Part shown: positions 1 to 8,451 of the stretch, in pieces
Layout of the letters: the number at the start of each line of letters is the position of its first letter
How positions within the stretch are numbered: the first letter of the stretch is position 1
Virus record (IMG/VR): IMGVR_UViG_3300045988_162176
Coordinates: 96,001 to 160,000 of that record
Strand: one strand, 5' to 3'
DNA length: 64,000 bases
Source of the DNA: a virus
Translations under genes and position numbers: made by a program
Notes under the pieces: model-generated
Told to the model about the DNA's origin: nothing
Seen by the model: only the letters and a program-made list of their open reading frames with translations
The model's database searches: none

Positions 1-73
1 CATCCAAACGGATAATTACAGGAAAATTCTCAGGAAGATAATTACGATATCTATTCTCGTAAGCACCCTTCAT
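1..73 (-). CDS. 5' end of a gene that runs off the left edge. The N-terminus MKGAYENRYRNYLPENFPVIIRLD resembles Thg1-like (TLP) tRNA 5'-end repair enzymes.
   Basis: ATG at 71-73 on the minus strand, just after the TAA of the upstream gene. Only 24 codons are visible. The Thg1/TLP N-terminal pattern (..LP..xVIIRxDG) is recalled from memory. Confidence 0.3.
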   Translation of the reverse strand, partial: MKGAYENRYRNYLPENFPVIIRLD

Positions 74-89
74 TCTATCGCTTAAAGTT

Positions 90-578
90 TTATACTCCAT
101 TTTCTTTTTCCTTCCTCATTCTAGTAAGGTCTTCAATATATACTGGATAACCATCCTCATCAAAATATGCAAGCTTCTTATAACTCTTTACCCTTTTTTC
201 ATTCTTTTCTTGATAATCAGCATCAATTGTAATATCGGTCTTGTTATTTTTAGGGCAAAAAATTAATGCTACAGGAAGATTTTCCATTTCTACCTGAATA
301 TTTTCTACCTTATTCTCATCGACTGTTTCTGCAAAATAAAAAGTACAAGGAATAAGTTCAATATATTCAATCTTGTAGTCTTCATCTAACTGTTTACGAT
401 AAGCAAAACTTACATTTGCTTCATGGCATTTCTCAATAATTTCTTTTAATTGCTTGTTTGTAAAACAATAATCTCTATATCCCTTTTTAAGAGAACCCAC
501 AACAGAGTCTACAAGAGAAGGAAAATCAGAAGGAATACCAAAAGTTACACTAGAAACAGTCTGCATTTCACCAATCAT
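90..578 (-). CDS. hypothetical protein (162 aa)
   Basis: Uninterrupted ORF with ATG preceded by GAGGATAAGTAAA, ending in TAA. Confidence 0.6.
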   Translation of the reverse strand: MIGEMQTVSSVTFGIPSDFPSLVDSVVGSLKKGYRDYCFTNKQLKEIIEKCHEANVSFAYRKQLDEDYKIEYIELIPCTFYFAETVDENKVENIQVEMENLPVALIFCPKNNKTDITIDADYQEKNEKRVKSYKKLAYFDEDGYPVYIEDLTRMRKEKENGV

Positions 579-583
579 TTTAC

Positions 584-1336
584 TTATCCTCTATTATACA
601 AATCTTCATCAGGATTGTATCTAAATCCTTGTTGATATTTTTCTTCTGCGTCTTGACGTGCTTTTACAGCTTCTTCAAAAGTATCAAAACGTTTGCTTAA
701 TTTAGTTTCTTTATTTACAACTAAAGAAGCTTTCCATTTATTTCGCACTTTATCATAACTTACGCCTTTAACACCAGAAGTATTATTGGTATAAATTTTA
801 CAATGACCAATATTTTGGTAATGTTCTAAAGGTCTTAGGTTTTCTTTTCTGCAATCATAAGGAACGTGGTTTTTATGGTCTACATCTATTTTAGAGTCAG
901 TAATATCTAAAACAAATCTTTTTAAATGTAAACAATGAGGTTGATTATTTTTATAAACAGTTGCAATAGGATATTTTTCTTTATTATACACCCAAACATA
1001 TTCTTTTATTTTATCATAATCTTCTAAATCAAAATAAAAAGGTTCATTTTTAGAAGTATATCCTATCCCATATTCTCCACTTAAATCATATTTGTTTAAT
1101 TTTCTTCTTTTCTTTCCACTTTCAATAGCAGCTTCTTTTTGTAAACAACCACAAGACCTTGTATTACCAGAAGTTAAACTATGTGTTAAAACATCAAATT
1201 CTGTTTTATTTTCACATTGGCATTGTACATGCCATAAATTAGCACGTTTCCGATTTGGACCATGATACTAATAATCACATTTATACAAAACCTTTAAACG
1301 GCCAAAAACATCTCCAACTTTTACTGGCTCTTTCAT
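584..1336 (-). CDS. free-standing HNH endonuclease with a C-terminal AP2 DNA-binding domain (about 250 aa)
   Basis: The ORF-track fragment 584..991 extends upstream through one in-frame TAG (1268-1270) to an ATG at 1334-1336, directly after the PARP TGA. HNH-type DHKNH...N motif. AP2-like SGVKGVSYDKVRNKWKASL...RFDTFEEAVKAR. Confidence 0.7.
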
Positions 1337-2584
1337 TCATCTAATCTCCACTAAATATCGAATAGTTACTTGGTCAGGACGATAGAAAATAATTTCTGGA
1401 TTGCGAAGCATTCCCTTTTCAGGAGAAGCGTAAACACAATGGCAAGGAGGATTCTTTTTCTGAAGCACATCAAAATTAAAATGATAACACTCGGAAGTAT
1501 GTTCATAAACAGTATAAGGATTTCCATAAGCCACTTCAAAAATAGCCATGAATCCAGTATTATTACTTCCTCTTGCCCAGTAAGAACCACTTACACTTGT
1601 ATAACCAATACTCTTTCGAGCTAAAGTGCTAAAATACAATCCATCGCTAAACATCGAACCTGTATAGATAGCATTTGCGGGACGAATCTTCAAACCCATT
1701 TTAAGGATATTAAAGAAATTTTGAGACCTGCTACCATGCCACATAAGTTTAGTGTTTGTAATATTATAATCTTTAATAAAAGAATTAAATGCTTTATTAG
1801 TCTCTAAATTATTAACACTCCATGCTTTTACGAATCTATCAGAATCTCGCCCAAGCATATTTTTAATTCTGGCAACTTCATCCTGAGTGACATCTTCCAT
1901 GGTAATACCCATCTTCTGCAAAATGCTTTCAGAAGCTTTAATTTCAGAATCGGTGTCGGCAATTTTTACCTTGGGCTTATAAACTTGACCAGCCATAGTA
2001 TCAAGCAAGCTTTGTTCCTCAGAAAGCTTTTTGTCGTATTCGGAAGAATCAGAAACAAGACAGTCAGAAACGCGCTTCATCTTACGAGGAACAATAATAA
2101 ACAATTCATTCAAATTCTTGTTAAATTCCTCAACAGACCAGTTTTTGTAGTTCGCTGCAATATAGTCAATCTTTTCCTGAGCAGCATCAATCATAGCCTG
2201 AGTAACAGCTTCAGCACGAACTGAATAAGCAGATTGAATAGTCTTATTAGCATAATCCCAAAGACGTTTAACAATCTCTCTAACAGATAAATTTTGAACC
2301 AAACCAAATTCATCTACCCCGTTAGACTTGTCTTCAACTTTAGAATCAGCAATAACTTCCTGCATCAAATCAGAACGGTCAACATACCCCTTCTTCAATT
2401 TAGAAGAAAGAGTAGAATTCCATTTGGACATAGGATAAGTTTTAGTCTGAGGAGCAGCACCAACACGACCATATTCAGCCGTAAAAGTATCATCTCCATT
2501 TGGACTAATTTTGTAATATTTATTATGTCCAAGGTCTCCAAAATTAGGGTCTACAAAGATTAAATATTTGGGAGTATAATCCAT
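1337..2584 (-). CDS. poly(ADP-ribose) polymerase-like protein with WGR, helical regulatory and PARP catalytic (H-Y-E) domains
   Basis: N-terminal WGR pattern NKYYKI..FTAEYGRVGAAPQTK..KLKKGY. The C-terminus LMWHGSRSQNFFNILKMGLKIRP...YTGSMFSDGLYFS..KSIGYT...FEVAYGNPY is collinear with the PARP1 catalytic core (LLWHGSR..GYMFGKGIYFA..EVALGN). ATG with RBS TAGGAGATGG. Stop is TGA. Confidence 0.85.
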   Translation of the reverse strand: MDYTPKYLIFVDPNFGDLGHNKYYKISPNGDDTFTAEYGRVGAAPQTKTYPMSKWNSTLSSKLKKGYVDRSDLMQEVIADSKVEDKSNGVDEFGLVQNLSVREIVKRLWDYANKTIQSAYSVRAEAVTQAMIDAAQEKIDYIAANYKNWSVEEFNKNLNELFIIVPRKMKRVSDCLVSDSSEYDKKLSEEQSLLDTMAGQVYKPKVKIADTDSEIKASESILQKMGITMEDVTQDEVARIKNMLGRDSDRFVKAWSVNNLETNKAFNSFIKDYNITNTKLMWHGSRSQNFFNILKMGLKIRPANAIYTGSMFSDGLYFSTLARKSIGYTSVSGSYWARGSNNTGFMAIFEVAYGNPYTVYEHTSECYHFNFDVLQKKNPPCHCVYASPEKGMLRNPEIIFYRPDQVTIRYLVEIR

Positions 2585-2600
2585 AATTCCATCTCCTATA

Positions 2601-2638
2601 AGTAAATCTCTATGATTAGATTACCATAGAGATTTACT
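2601..2638. promoter_or_regulatory. perfect 14-bp inverted repeat (AGTAAATCTCTATG-N10-CATAGAGATTTACT) overlapping the promoter of the PARP-like gene; candidate operator or 5'-UTR hairpin
   Basis: The arms at 2601-2614 and 2625-2638 are exact reverse complements. The repeat covers the spacer, the -10 box and the transcription start of the 2618..2646 promoter. Confidence 0.5.
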
Positions 2639-2646
2639 TTTGTCAA
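2618..2646 (-). promoter_or_regulatory. sigma-70/sigma-A-type promoter upstream of the PARP-like gene
   Basis: Minus strand: TTGACA (2646-2641), 17 nt, TAATCT (2623-2618). Confidence 0.5.
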
Positions 2647-2686
2647 GGGTTTATTCAGTTATTTTTTACTAATCCAATCAGTTAAA

Positions 2687-3406
2687 TTACTGGTAGCAGA
2701 AAGTAAGATGAATCTTATAATTCTTGCTTACCTCGTCAAACTTTTTAGCATCTTCAATCGTTTCAGTAAAAACACGAAGAATCATTTCACGAACATCTTC
2801 CCAATCAAGATTACCCTTGCCACACCCAATAAAAGGCATAGCAAGATAAGAAATCTCTTCATTAATACAATACTGAGCAAGGTCTTCAATACAATGTTCA
2901 AGATTAGTCATAGTAATTGGTTCATACTTTTTATTAGCAATCATAAGTAAAAATAAATTCCGAATCCAAATAGCTTCACCAGCACAACGCTCATCAAACT
3001 TATCAGGAATCTTATCAACAATATGATAATAATTGTCAAGTCTACGAGCAGTATCACTACCCAAAGAGAGGTCAGCGGGGATACCATAACAGATATTGTA
3101 ATAAGGAGGAAGGTCGAACATATCCTTATTTACTTCTTCATACTCAACAGGATTTTCATAACTGGTATCATCGACTTCATCATCTTCATCTGCAAATTCA
3201 AGCTCACCATCATGCACCACAAGAGGACAACCACAGTTAGGACAATGCATTACCTTGGGCTTCAAAACAGAAACATAACCAGAAGTAGAAACAATCTTAC
3301 CATCTTCATCAGTAGAAGCAACTGCGGTAGTAAAATAATCCTTATCCTGAGTAGAAGTTACCTTTGGCTCATCGAACTTGTAATTGCGACTAAAAATATT
3401 AGCCAT
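2687..3406 (-). CDS. zinc-ribbon protein with a C-terminal TARG1/C6orf130-like macrodomain (putative ADP-ribosyl hydrolase)
   Basis: CPNCGCP zinc-ribbon motif. C-terminal ICYGIPADLSLGSDTARRL ... YLAMPFIGCGKGNLDWEDVREMILRVF matches the TARG1 signature (..CRMGAGIA.. / ..MPRIGCGLDRLQWENV..EEVF). ATG with RBS AAAAGGAG. Stop is TAA. Confidence 0.7.
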   Translation of the reverse strand: MANIFSRNYKFDEPKVTSTQDKDYFTTAVASTDEDGKIVSTSGYVSVLKPKVMHCPNCGCPLVVHDGELEFADEDDEVDDTSYENPVEYEEVNKDMFDLPPYYNICYGIPADLSLGSDTARRLDNYYHIVDKIPDKFDERCAGEAIWIRNLFLLMIANKKYEPITMTNLEHCIEDLAQYCINEEISYLAMPFIGCGKGNLDWEDVREMILRVFTETIEDAKKFDEVSKNYKIHLTFCYQ

Positions 3407-3426
3407 TTTAAATACTCCTTTTATAA

Positions 3427-3639
3427 TTAATTAATTTTTTCACTAAGTATTCTATCTAATTCTTTTGGACACGCATCAGTCCAATTTGTAATTTGATGAC
3501 CGTCATAAGAACAAACAAAAATCTTTTTCTTCTTTCTGACTTTCAATCCTTCCTCATTATATTCCCAATCAACTGTTCCATCCATATATGGAAAATAAGG
3601 ACAATTAGGAGTACAACCTTTACATTCAATCTTAGCCAT
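3427..3639 (-). CDS. small Cys-rich protein (70 aa)
   Basis: ATG at 3637-3639 with RBS AAGAAAGGA. The track start at 3663 is an alternative-start artefact. Confidence 0.5.
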   Translation of the reverse strand: MAKIECKGCTPNCPYFPYMDGTVDWEYNEEGLKVRKKKKIFVCSYDGHQITNWTDACPKELDRILSEKIN

Positions 3640-3653
3640 CAAATTATCCTTTC

Positions 3654-5417
3654 TTAAAAACAACCCATAGTTTCTCGTACAATAGCTTTCTTAAAATCCT
3701 GTTCCCTTTTCTTTAAGACATCGTTATCTGGAAGAAGATAACAATCCGTATTTCTGGTAGTTACTGTCTTAGAAGGTTCCTTAACAAGATAGAGACCTTC
3801 TTTTGCACGAGTAGTTGCAATATAACTTAAATTCTTTTCCTGAATATTTTGTTCTTTACTGTTCCTAAAATCGTAATTAATTTTAGCTTCATTTAAAACA
3901 AAAACATTCGTAGCTTCAAGACCTTTAGCTTTATGGATGCTACAAAGTCTAACACAATTAGGAGAAGGAGTAGTATTTAACAGTTTATCAATAAAATTAG
4001 AGAATTTAGAAACACTATCAGAAGAGGCATGATTTTCAAGATATCCTTCCAAAATCTCCAACAAAAAGCTCGTATTATCTATCTTAGAATTTGTCTCCGC
4101 TACGGCTTCCAAACGCTCCTCCTCGTGTCCCCCCTCACGGACATTTTTTGAAACGATTTCAAAGAGTTTTTTATTATAATTACTTATTACTTTCTGGAGG
4201 AATTTTTCGAGTGTGCCAACCGAGGTGCATTTGGATGATAAAATCTGTCTTTTAATTGCTCCTACCATATCTTTATCTTCAATAAAAATAGGAGTTCCAT
4301 TTCGAGCTAAATCAAGCACTACCTCGGCAATCCATTTATTCTTTCTTGAAATTACCATGTCTCCTGCTTTAGCATACTCTGAAATTTTATTTTTGTCAAT
4401 AGTTTTAACAAATCCCATTGGAGCATCATCACGAGGAAGAATGGGAATCCCATATTCTCTATTTACTCTACTAAGATGAGATTTAGCACAACGATAACAA
4501 ACAGGTAAATCAAAAGTTTCTACAGGAGCAAACATTTTAGGAATTTGATTAAAAGCTTGAGCATTAGCCCCAGCAAAATTATAGATGGCCTGATGAAAAT
4601 CTCCAATAAAAACATATCTACCTTTGGCTCTTTTAATAAACTTTAAAAAATTTAATTGAATATTAGAAAAATCTTGAACTTCATCACAATAAATATTAGT
4701 ATACAAAGCCCAATAAGGAACTTCCCAATTATCATATTTCAGTTTATTAAAAGTAATCCAAAGCATATCAGTAAAATCAATTATACCTTGAGTTTCAAAC
4801 TGCTGTCTACTTTTAGTATCAAGAATTTTCAAAGTAGAAGTAATTTCACTGATATCAGGTGCAGAATAACCTTCATCCCCATAATATAAAAATAATACAT
4901 GGTCATCAATTAAACGAGACACATCCTTGTTTGAAGACATATCTGTAAGAGTTAATCTACACAAATTATAAAGATTTACATAATTATCTTTTAAGAAAAC
5001 TCGTTTGGCAAATTCAATATATCTACCATAACGCTTTGTAATTTCCTCATCAAGAATCTTATGTGGTTTAAAATTATCCAAATTTACAGTTCTCTTAGAA
5101 CGCTGAGAACCAAAACCTTTTGGTTTTTCTCCTGAATCCTTAGATTCTTGTTCTACATTATAAAGCATAATAGAATATGCTAAAGAATGCATCGTCATAA
5201 CCTTAGTTTTGGGATTCTTAATCTTCTTCTTAAACTCTTCAACTACACTTGCATTAAATGCAATATATAAATCAGAAGTCTTTGAATGCTCAGAAAGCAT
5301 ACAGGCAGTTGTTGACTTACCACTTCCAGCCAAAGCATTTACAAGCATATTACTTTGAGGATTATTAAGAAAAAAATCTAAAATATCTTGCTGATATGTG
5401 CTTGGCTTAAAGCCCAT
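3654..5417 (-). CDS. UvrD/PcrA-like superfamily-1 DNA helicase
   Basis: Walker A ALAGSGKSTT, IGDFHQAIYNFAGA, SIHKAKGLEA, ATTRAKEGLYL. ATG at 5415-5417 with RBS GGAGTTG. Confidence 0.8.
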   Translation of the reverse strand: MGFKPSTYQQDILDFFLNNPQSNMLVNALAGSGKSTTACMLSEHSKTSDLYIAFNASVVEEFKKKIKNPKTKVMTMHSLAYSIMLYNVEQESKDSGEKPKGFGSQRSKRTVNLDNFKPHKILDEEITKRYGRYIEFAKRVFLKDNYVNLYNLCRLTLTDMSSNKDVSRLIDDHVLFLYYGDEGYSAPDISEITSTLKILDTKSRQQFETQGIIDFTDMLWITFNKLKYDNWEVPYWALYTNIYCDEVQDFSNIQLNFLKFIKRAKGRYVFIGDFHQAIYNFAGANAQAFNQIPKMFAPVETFDLPVCYRCAKSHLSRVNREYGIPILPRDDAPMGFVKTIDKNKISEYAKAGDMVISRKNKWIAEVVLDLARNGTPIFIEDKDMVGAIKRQILSSKCTSVGTLEKFLQKVISNYNKKLFEIVSKNVREGGHEEERLEAVAETNSKIDNTSFLLEILEGYLENHASSDSVSKFSNFIDKLLNTTPSPNCVRLCSIHKAKGLEATNVFVLNEAKINYDFRNSKEQNIQEKNLSYIATTRAKEGLYLVKEPSKTVTTRNTDCYLLPDNDVLKKREQDFKKAIVRETMGCF

Positions 5418-5422
5418 TATAA

Positions 5423-6541
5423 TCAACTCCTAACCATTTCATAACATTCATGTAATACTCTTGCAGTCTCAATTACATCTTCAACTGTATTCTGAGTTTC
5501 ATTCATAGAAATTCTAATTTCTCCACGAATATAATCTTCTGGAATCTTCATAGCTTCTAACACAGCAGATGCTTTCATATCTCCTGTATTACACGCACTT
5601 CCTGTCCCTACATAAATTTCCTTTTCATCTAACATAGATTGAAGAATTTCTCCCTCTACATTGTGGAAGCAAACACACACTGTAGAATTAATACTATTTG
5701 CAGGAGAAACAATCATATAATCATTTGGTTCAAATAATTTACCAAGCTCTTCAAGGAAAGCTCTCTTCATTTTCTTACAAGCTAAATCTTTTTCCTTTTG
5801 ATGTGCAACAGCTTTATCAACAGTTAAAGCTAAAGCATGAATATAAGGAATATTTTCAGTACCAGCTCTACGATTACTTTCTTGGTCTCCACCATAAATT
5901 AAAGGCTTAATCTTCTCAACAGGAAAAGTGTCTTTTGAAAAATAAATAAAGCCAACACCTTTAGGAGAATGCACCTTATGTCCACTAAAAGTAGCAATGT
6001 CAGCCATGGGTCTAATATCAATAGGAACATTACCTAAAGCCTGTGTCATATCACAATGATAATACATATTAAGTCTATGAGCTAAATCCATATGTTCACG
6101 AGGATTAAAAATTTCTCCTGTCTCATTATTTACATACATCCAAGACAAAAGAAATCCACTATAATCTCCCCACAGAAAACCCAACTCTTCACTTTTCTCT
6201 GTAACTTTAACAGCATCAATAAGATAATTCTTATCAATAATTATTGACTTGGGATTTTCTGTGATATTATGATGCTCATAAGGACTACATAAACATTTGC
6301 TTTTTTGAGCTAAAGCCCACGCATTACCTTCGCTACTACCAGAAGTAAAATAAATTTCTTCTGGAAAAGCACCTATAACATGTGCAATTTTTGCACGACT
6401 TTCCTCAATTAAATTTTTACTCTTGCGCCCTAAACCATAGGTCGTGCTTGCATTACCCCAATATTCAGCTAAATCATCTTTAATAATATCAATGATTTCA
6501 GGCGATACAAAAGTTGTAGCCGCATGGTCTAAATAAATCAT
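5423..6541 (-). CDS. class-V aminotransferase, NifS/IscS-type cysteine desulfurase
   Basis: IYLDHAATT N-terminus, PLP-lysine motif SGHKVHSPKGVGFIY, catalytic-Cys loop GTGSACNTG. ATGA overlap with the upstream gene. Confidence 0.85.
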   Translation of the reverse strand: MIYLDHAATTFVSPEIIDIIKDDLAEYWGNASTTYGLGRKSKNLIEESRAKIAHVIGAFPEEIYFTSGSSEGNAWALAQKSKCLCSPYEHHNITENPKSIIIDKNYLIDAVKVTEKSEELGFLWGDYSGFLLSWMYVNNETGEIFNPREHMDLAHRLNMYYHCDMTQALGNVPIDIRPMADIATFSGHKVHSPKGVGFIYFSKDTFPVEKIKPLIYGGDQESNRRAGTENIPYIHALALTVDKAVAHQKEKDLACKKMKRAFLEELGKLFEPNDYMIVSPANSINSTVCVCFHNVEGEILQSMLDEKEIYVGTGSACNTGDMKASAVLEAMKIPEDYIRGEIRISMNETQNTVEDVIETARVLHECYEMVRS

Positions 6542-6717
6542 TTATCTACCTCATATTTAATAAAAGCTGTATATCTTTCCCTGCCCAACACTTCATCATA
6601 TCTTGTAGTAAATTGAATATCTATAATATTCTTTTTAGAACTACTAAGCCACATATTTAAACGAGATTCAAAAATTAATGAATCATATGTTAAAATTTTA
6701 ACTCTTTTTTTACTCAT
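6538..6717 (-). CDS. hypothetical protein (59 aa)
   Basis: ATG at 6715-6717 follows the upstream TAA. The stop TGA overlaps the nifS-like ATG. Confidence 0.4.
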   Translation of the reverse strand: MSKKRVKILTYDSLIFESRLNMWLSSSKKNIIDIQFTTRYDEVLGRERYTAFIKYEVDK

Positions 6718-6718
6718 A

Positions 6719-7315
6719 TTAATCCCACAAATCAAAGAAAATTGGCTTCATCATATCTAAAGCTTTTTCAATTTCAGATTGCCTATACTTGTCAATTTCA
6801 GCATCTTCTTGATAGTACTGTTCTTTTTCTTCTTCGGGAATCTTATTTGCCCATCCATCATACTTTTCAAGGACGGAGTTTTTCTTAGGACAAGTCTCTT
6901 CAGTAGAATTACGAATATGAGTTGCAATTTCTTTCAAGTAATCTTCCCATGCCTTACATTGAGCCTCTTCTGCGATTTTATATTCTTCGTCAGAATTAAA
7001 CTTTTCTCTTGTAAGCTCTCTCCAATCACGATATTCTCGTTTACCCGTTTGACGAGTTTTATCAAAATCAATCATTGGGTAGCCAACGTGAGTCTTAGCT
7101 AATTCTTCTAACATTTCAGGAATTACCTGTTGAAACCAACCATCAAAATTCCAAATATCCCTATTACACCAACTCTTAAAAGCTCTATCTTTTCTCTGCT
7201 TGTGTACAGGATAAAGGTCTTTTAAATTTTTTGGATGCAAAAAAGGTAATCCTTTATAAGATTTATTTAAATAACTTAAATTAAGCCAACTATAATTCTT
7301 TTTACTCATCATCAT
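6719..7315 (-). CDS. hypothetical protein (about 196 aa)
   Basis: Uninterrupted ORF with three tandem ATGs after AAGGTGA. The exact start is uncertain. Confidence 0.5.
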   Translation of the reverse strand: MMMSKKNYSWLNLSYLNKSYKGLPFLHPKNLKDLYPVHKQRKDRAFKSWCNRDIWNFDGWFQQVIPEMLEELAKTHVGYPMIDFDKTRQTGKREYRDWRELTREKFNSDEEYKIAEEAQCKAWEDYLKEIATHIRNSTEETCPKKNSVLEKYDGWANKIPEEEKEQYYQEDAEIDKYRQSEIEKALDMMKPIFFDLWD

Positions 7316-7565
7316 TCACCTTATAGAATTCACAAAAATCCGAGTAACTACCATAATCTACATTATAAACTCCTTCTGGAGTAACATGACAATTATAATA
7401 ATAACTCTTAAACCCTTTGTTGTCAATATATTTTTTAATAAGCTTAAAACATTCTGGATATTGAGCATTAAGAATAATATCAGTTCCCTTTTCTTCTACA
7501 CGACCAAGAGGAATAACAACCTTATTACCCTTTTCATAATGGTAAGCATTAACTTGACAAATCAT
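7302..7565 (-). CDS. hypothetical protein (87 aa)
   Basis: ORF with ATGA coupling to the upstream gene. Confidence 0.5.
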   Translation of the reverse strand: MICQVNAYHYEKGNKVVIPLGRVEEKGTDIILNAQYPECFKLIKKYIDNKGFKSYYYNCHVTPEGVYNVDYGSYSDFCEFYKVNDDE

Positions 7566-7822
7566 TTTACATACACCTCAAATTCTCCATCTAAACATTT
7601 TCCGTTTAACCCATACACGAATCTAAACTCTTCATTGGTTAATTCAATAGATTCTACAAATTCAACAATTTTCTTTTTTTGATTCTTAAAAGGATTAATA
7701 GTCCTAACAACATTAACTTTCACAAGACATTCTTGGTCATAACAATCATTTGCTAAATCATGAACCCATACTGTATGACCATCCATGTTTTGTAAAGCAA
7801 TGAAACTTAATTTTCTCTTCAT
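7562..7822 (-). CDS. hypothetical protein (86 aa)
   Basis: ATG at 7820-7822 lies 7 nt after a GGAG. First gene behind the 7863..7892 promoter. Confidence 0.5.
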   Translation of the reverse strand: MKRKLSFIALQNMDGHTVWVHDLANDCYDQECLVKVNVVRTINPFKNQKKKIVEFVESIELTNEEFRFVYGLNGKCLDGEFEVYVK

Positions 7823-7862
7823 AATATGCTCCATATTAAAAATATGATTCTACCTATGAATA

Positions 7863-7892
7863 AGTATATCATAAGTAGAACCATATTGTCAA
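7863..7892 (-). promoter_or_regulatory. sigma-70/sigma-A-type promoter
   Basis: Minus strand: TTGACA (7892-7887), 18 nt, TATACT (7868-7863). Confidence 0.6.
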
Positions 7893-7899
7893 TACTTTT

Positions 7900-8451
7900 T
7901 TAAATTATTTTTTGAACAAATTCAAGGTAATCATGCGCCCATTGCTTAAGATTATCTAAATCAGAACTGTTGCTTATAACAGTGTCATAATGAAATTGTC
8001 CAACATCTCTATCAGCAGGATTGGAAATAATTGGTCTTACATTTGCATTAACTACAAGTATTGTAGCACAAGGTAATCCAGTAGCTTTTTTATTTTGCTC
8101 AATAAAAGTTTTAATATTTTCAGGTTCACGAATGTTTACAAAAAATAACCAATTTTTTTTATCCAACATCTTATTATCAATAACAGTATTAATTTGGTCA
8201 AATACTTTTTGATTAGGAGAATTGTTCCATTTTTGCAAAGCCATTTTTAAATCGTAAAGAAATTCTCTGTCCTTTTCTTCTTTACGACCATTCCATCCCG
8301 CAAATTGAGCTACAGCTTTTACCCAATCAACCGTAGATAATTCTAAAACATCCCAATCAGGGACATCTTCTAAAATTTCTTGACAAAGTTTTACAAAAGT
8401 AGACTTTCCACTTCCACCAGAACCATTAATTATAATTATTCTTGAGTCCAT
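7900..8451 (-). CDS. P-loop kinase (possible deoxynucleotide kinase)
   Basis: Walker A IIIINGSGGSGKSTF. Overlaps the 3' end of the ThyX-like gene by 16 nt. Confidence 0.45.
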   Translation of the reverse strand: MDSRIIIINGSGGSGKSTFVKLCQEILEDVPDWDVLELSTVDWVKAVAQFAGWNGRKEEKDREFLYDLKMALQKWNNSPNQKVFDQINTVIDNKMLDKKNWLFFVNIREPENIKTFIEQNKKATGLPCATILVVNANVRPIISNPADRDVGQFHYDTVISNSSDLDNLKQWAHDYLEFVQKII

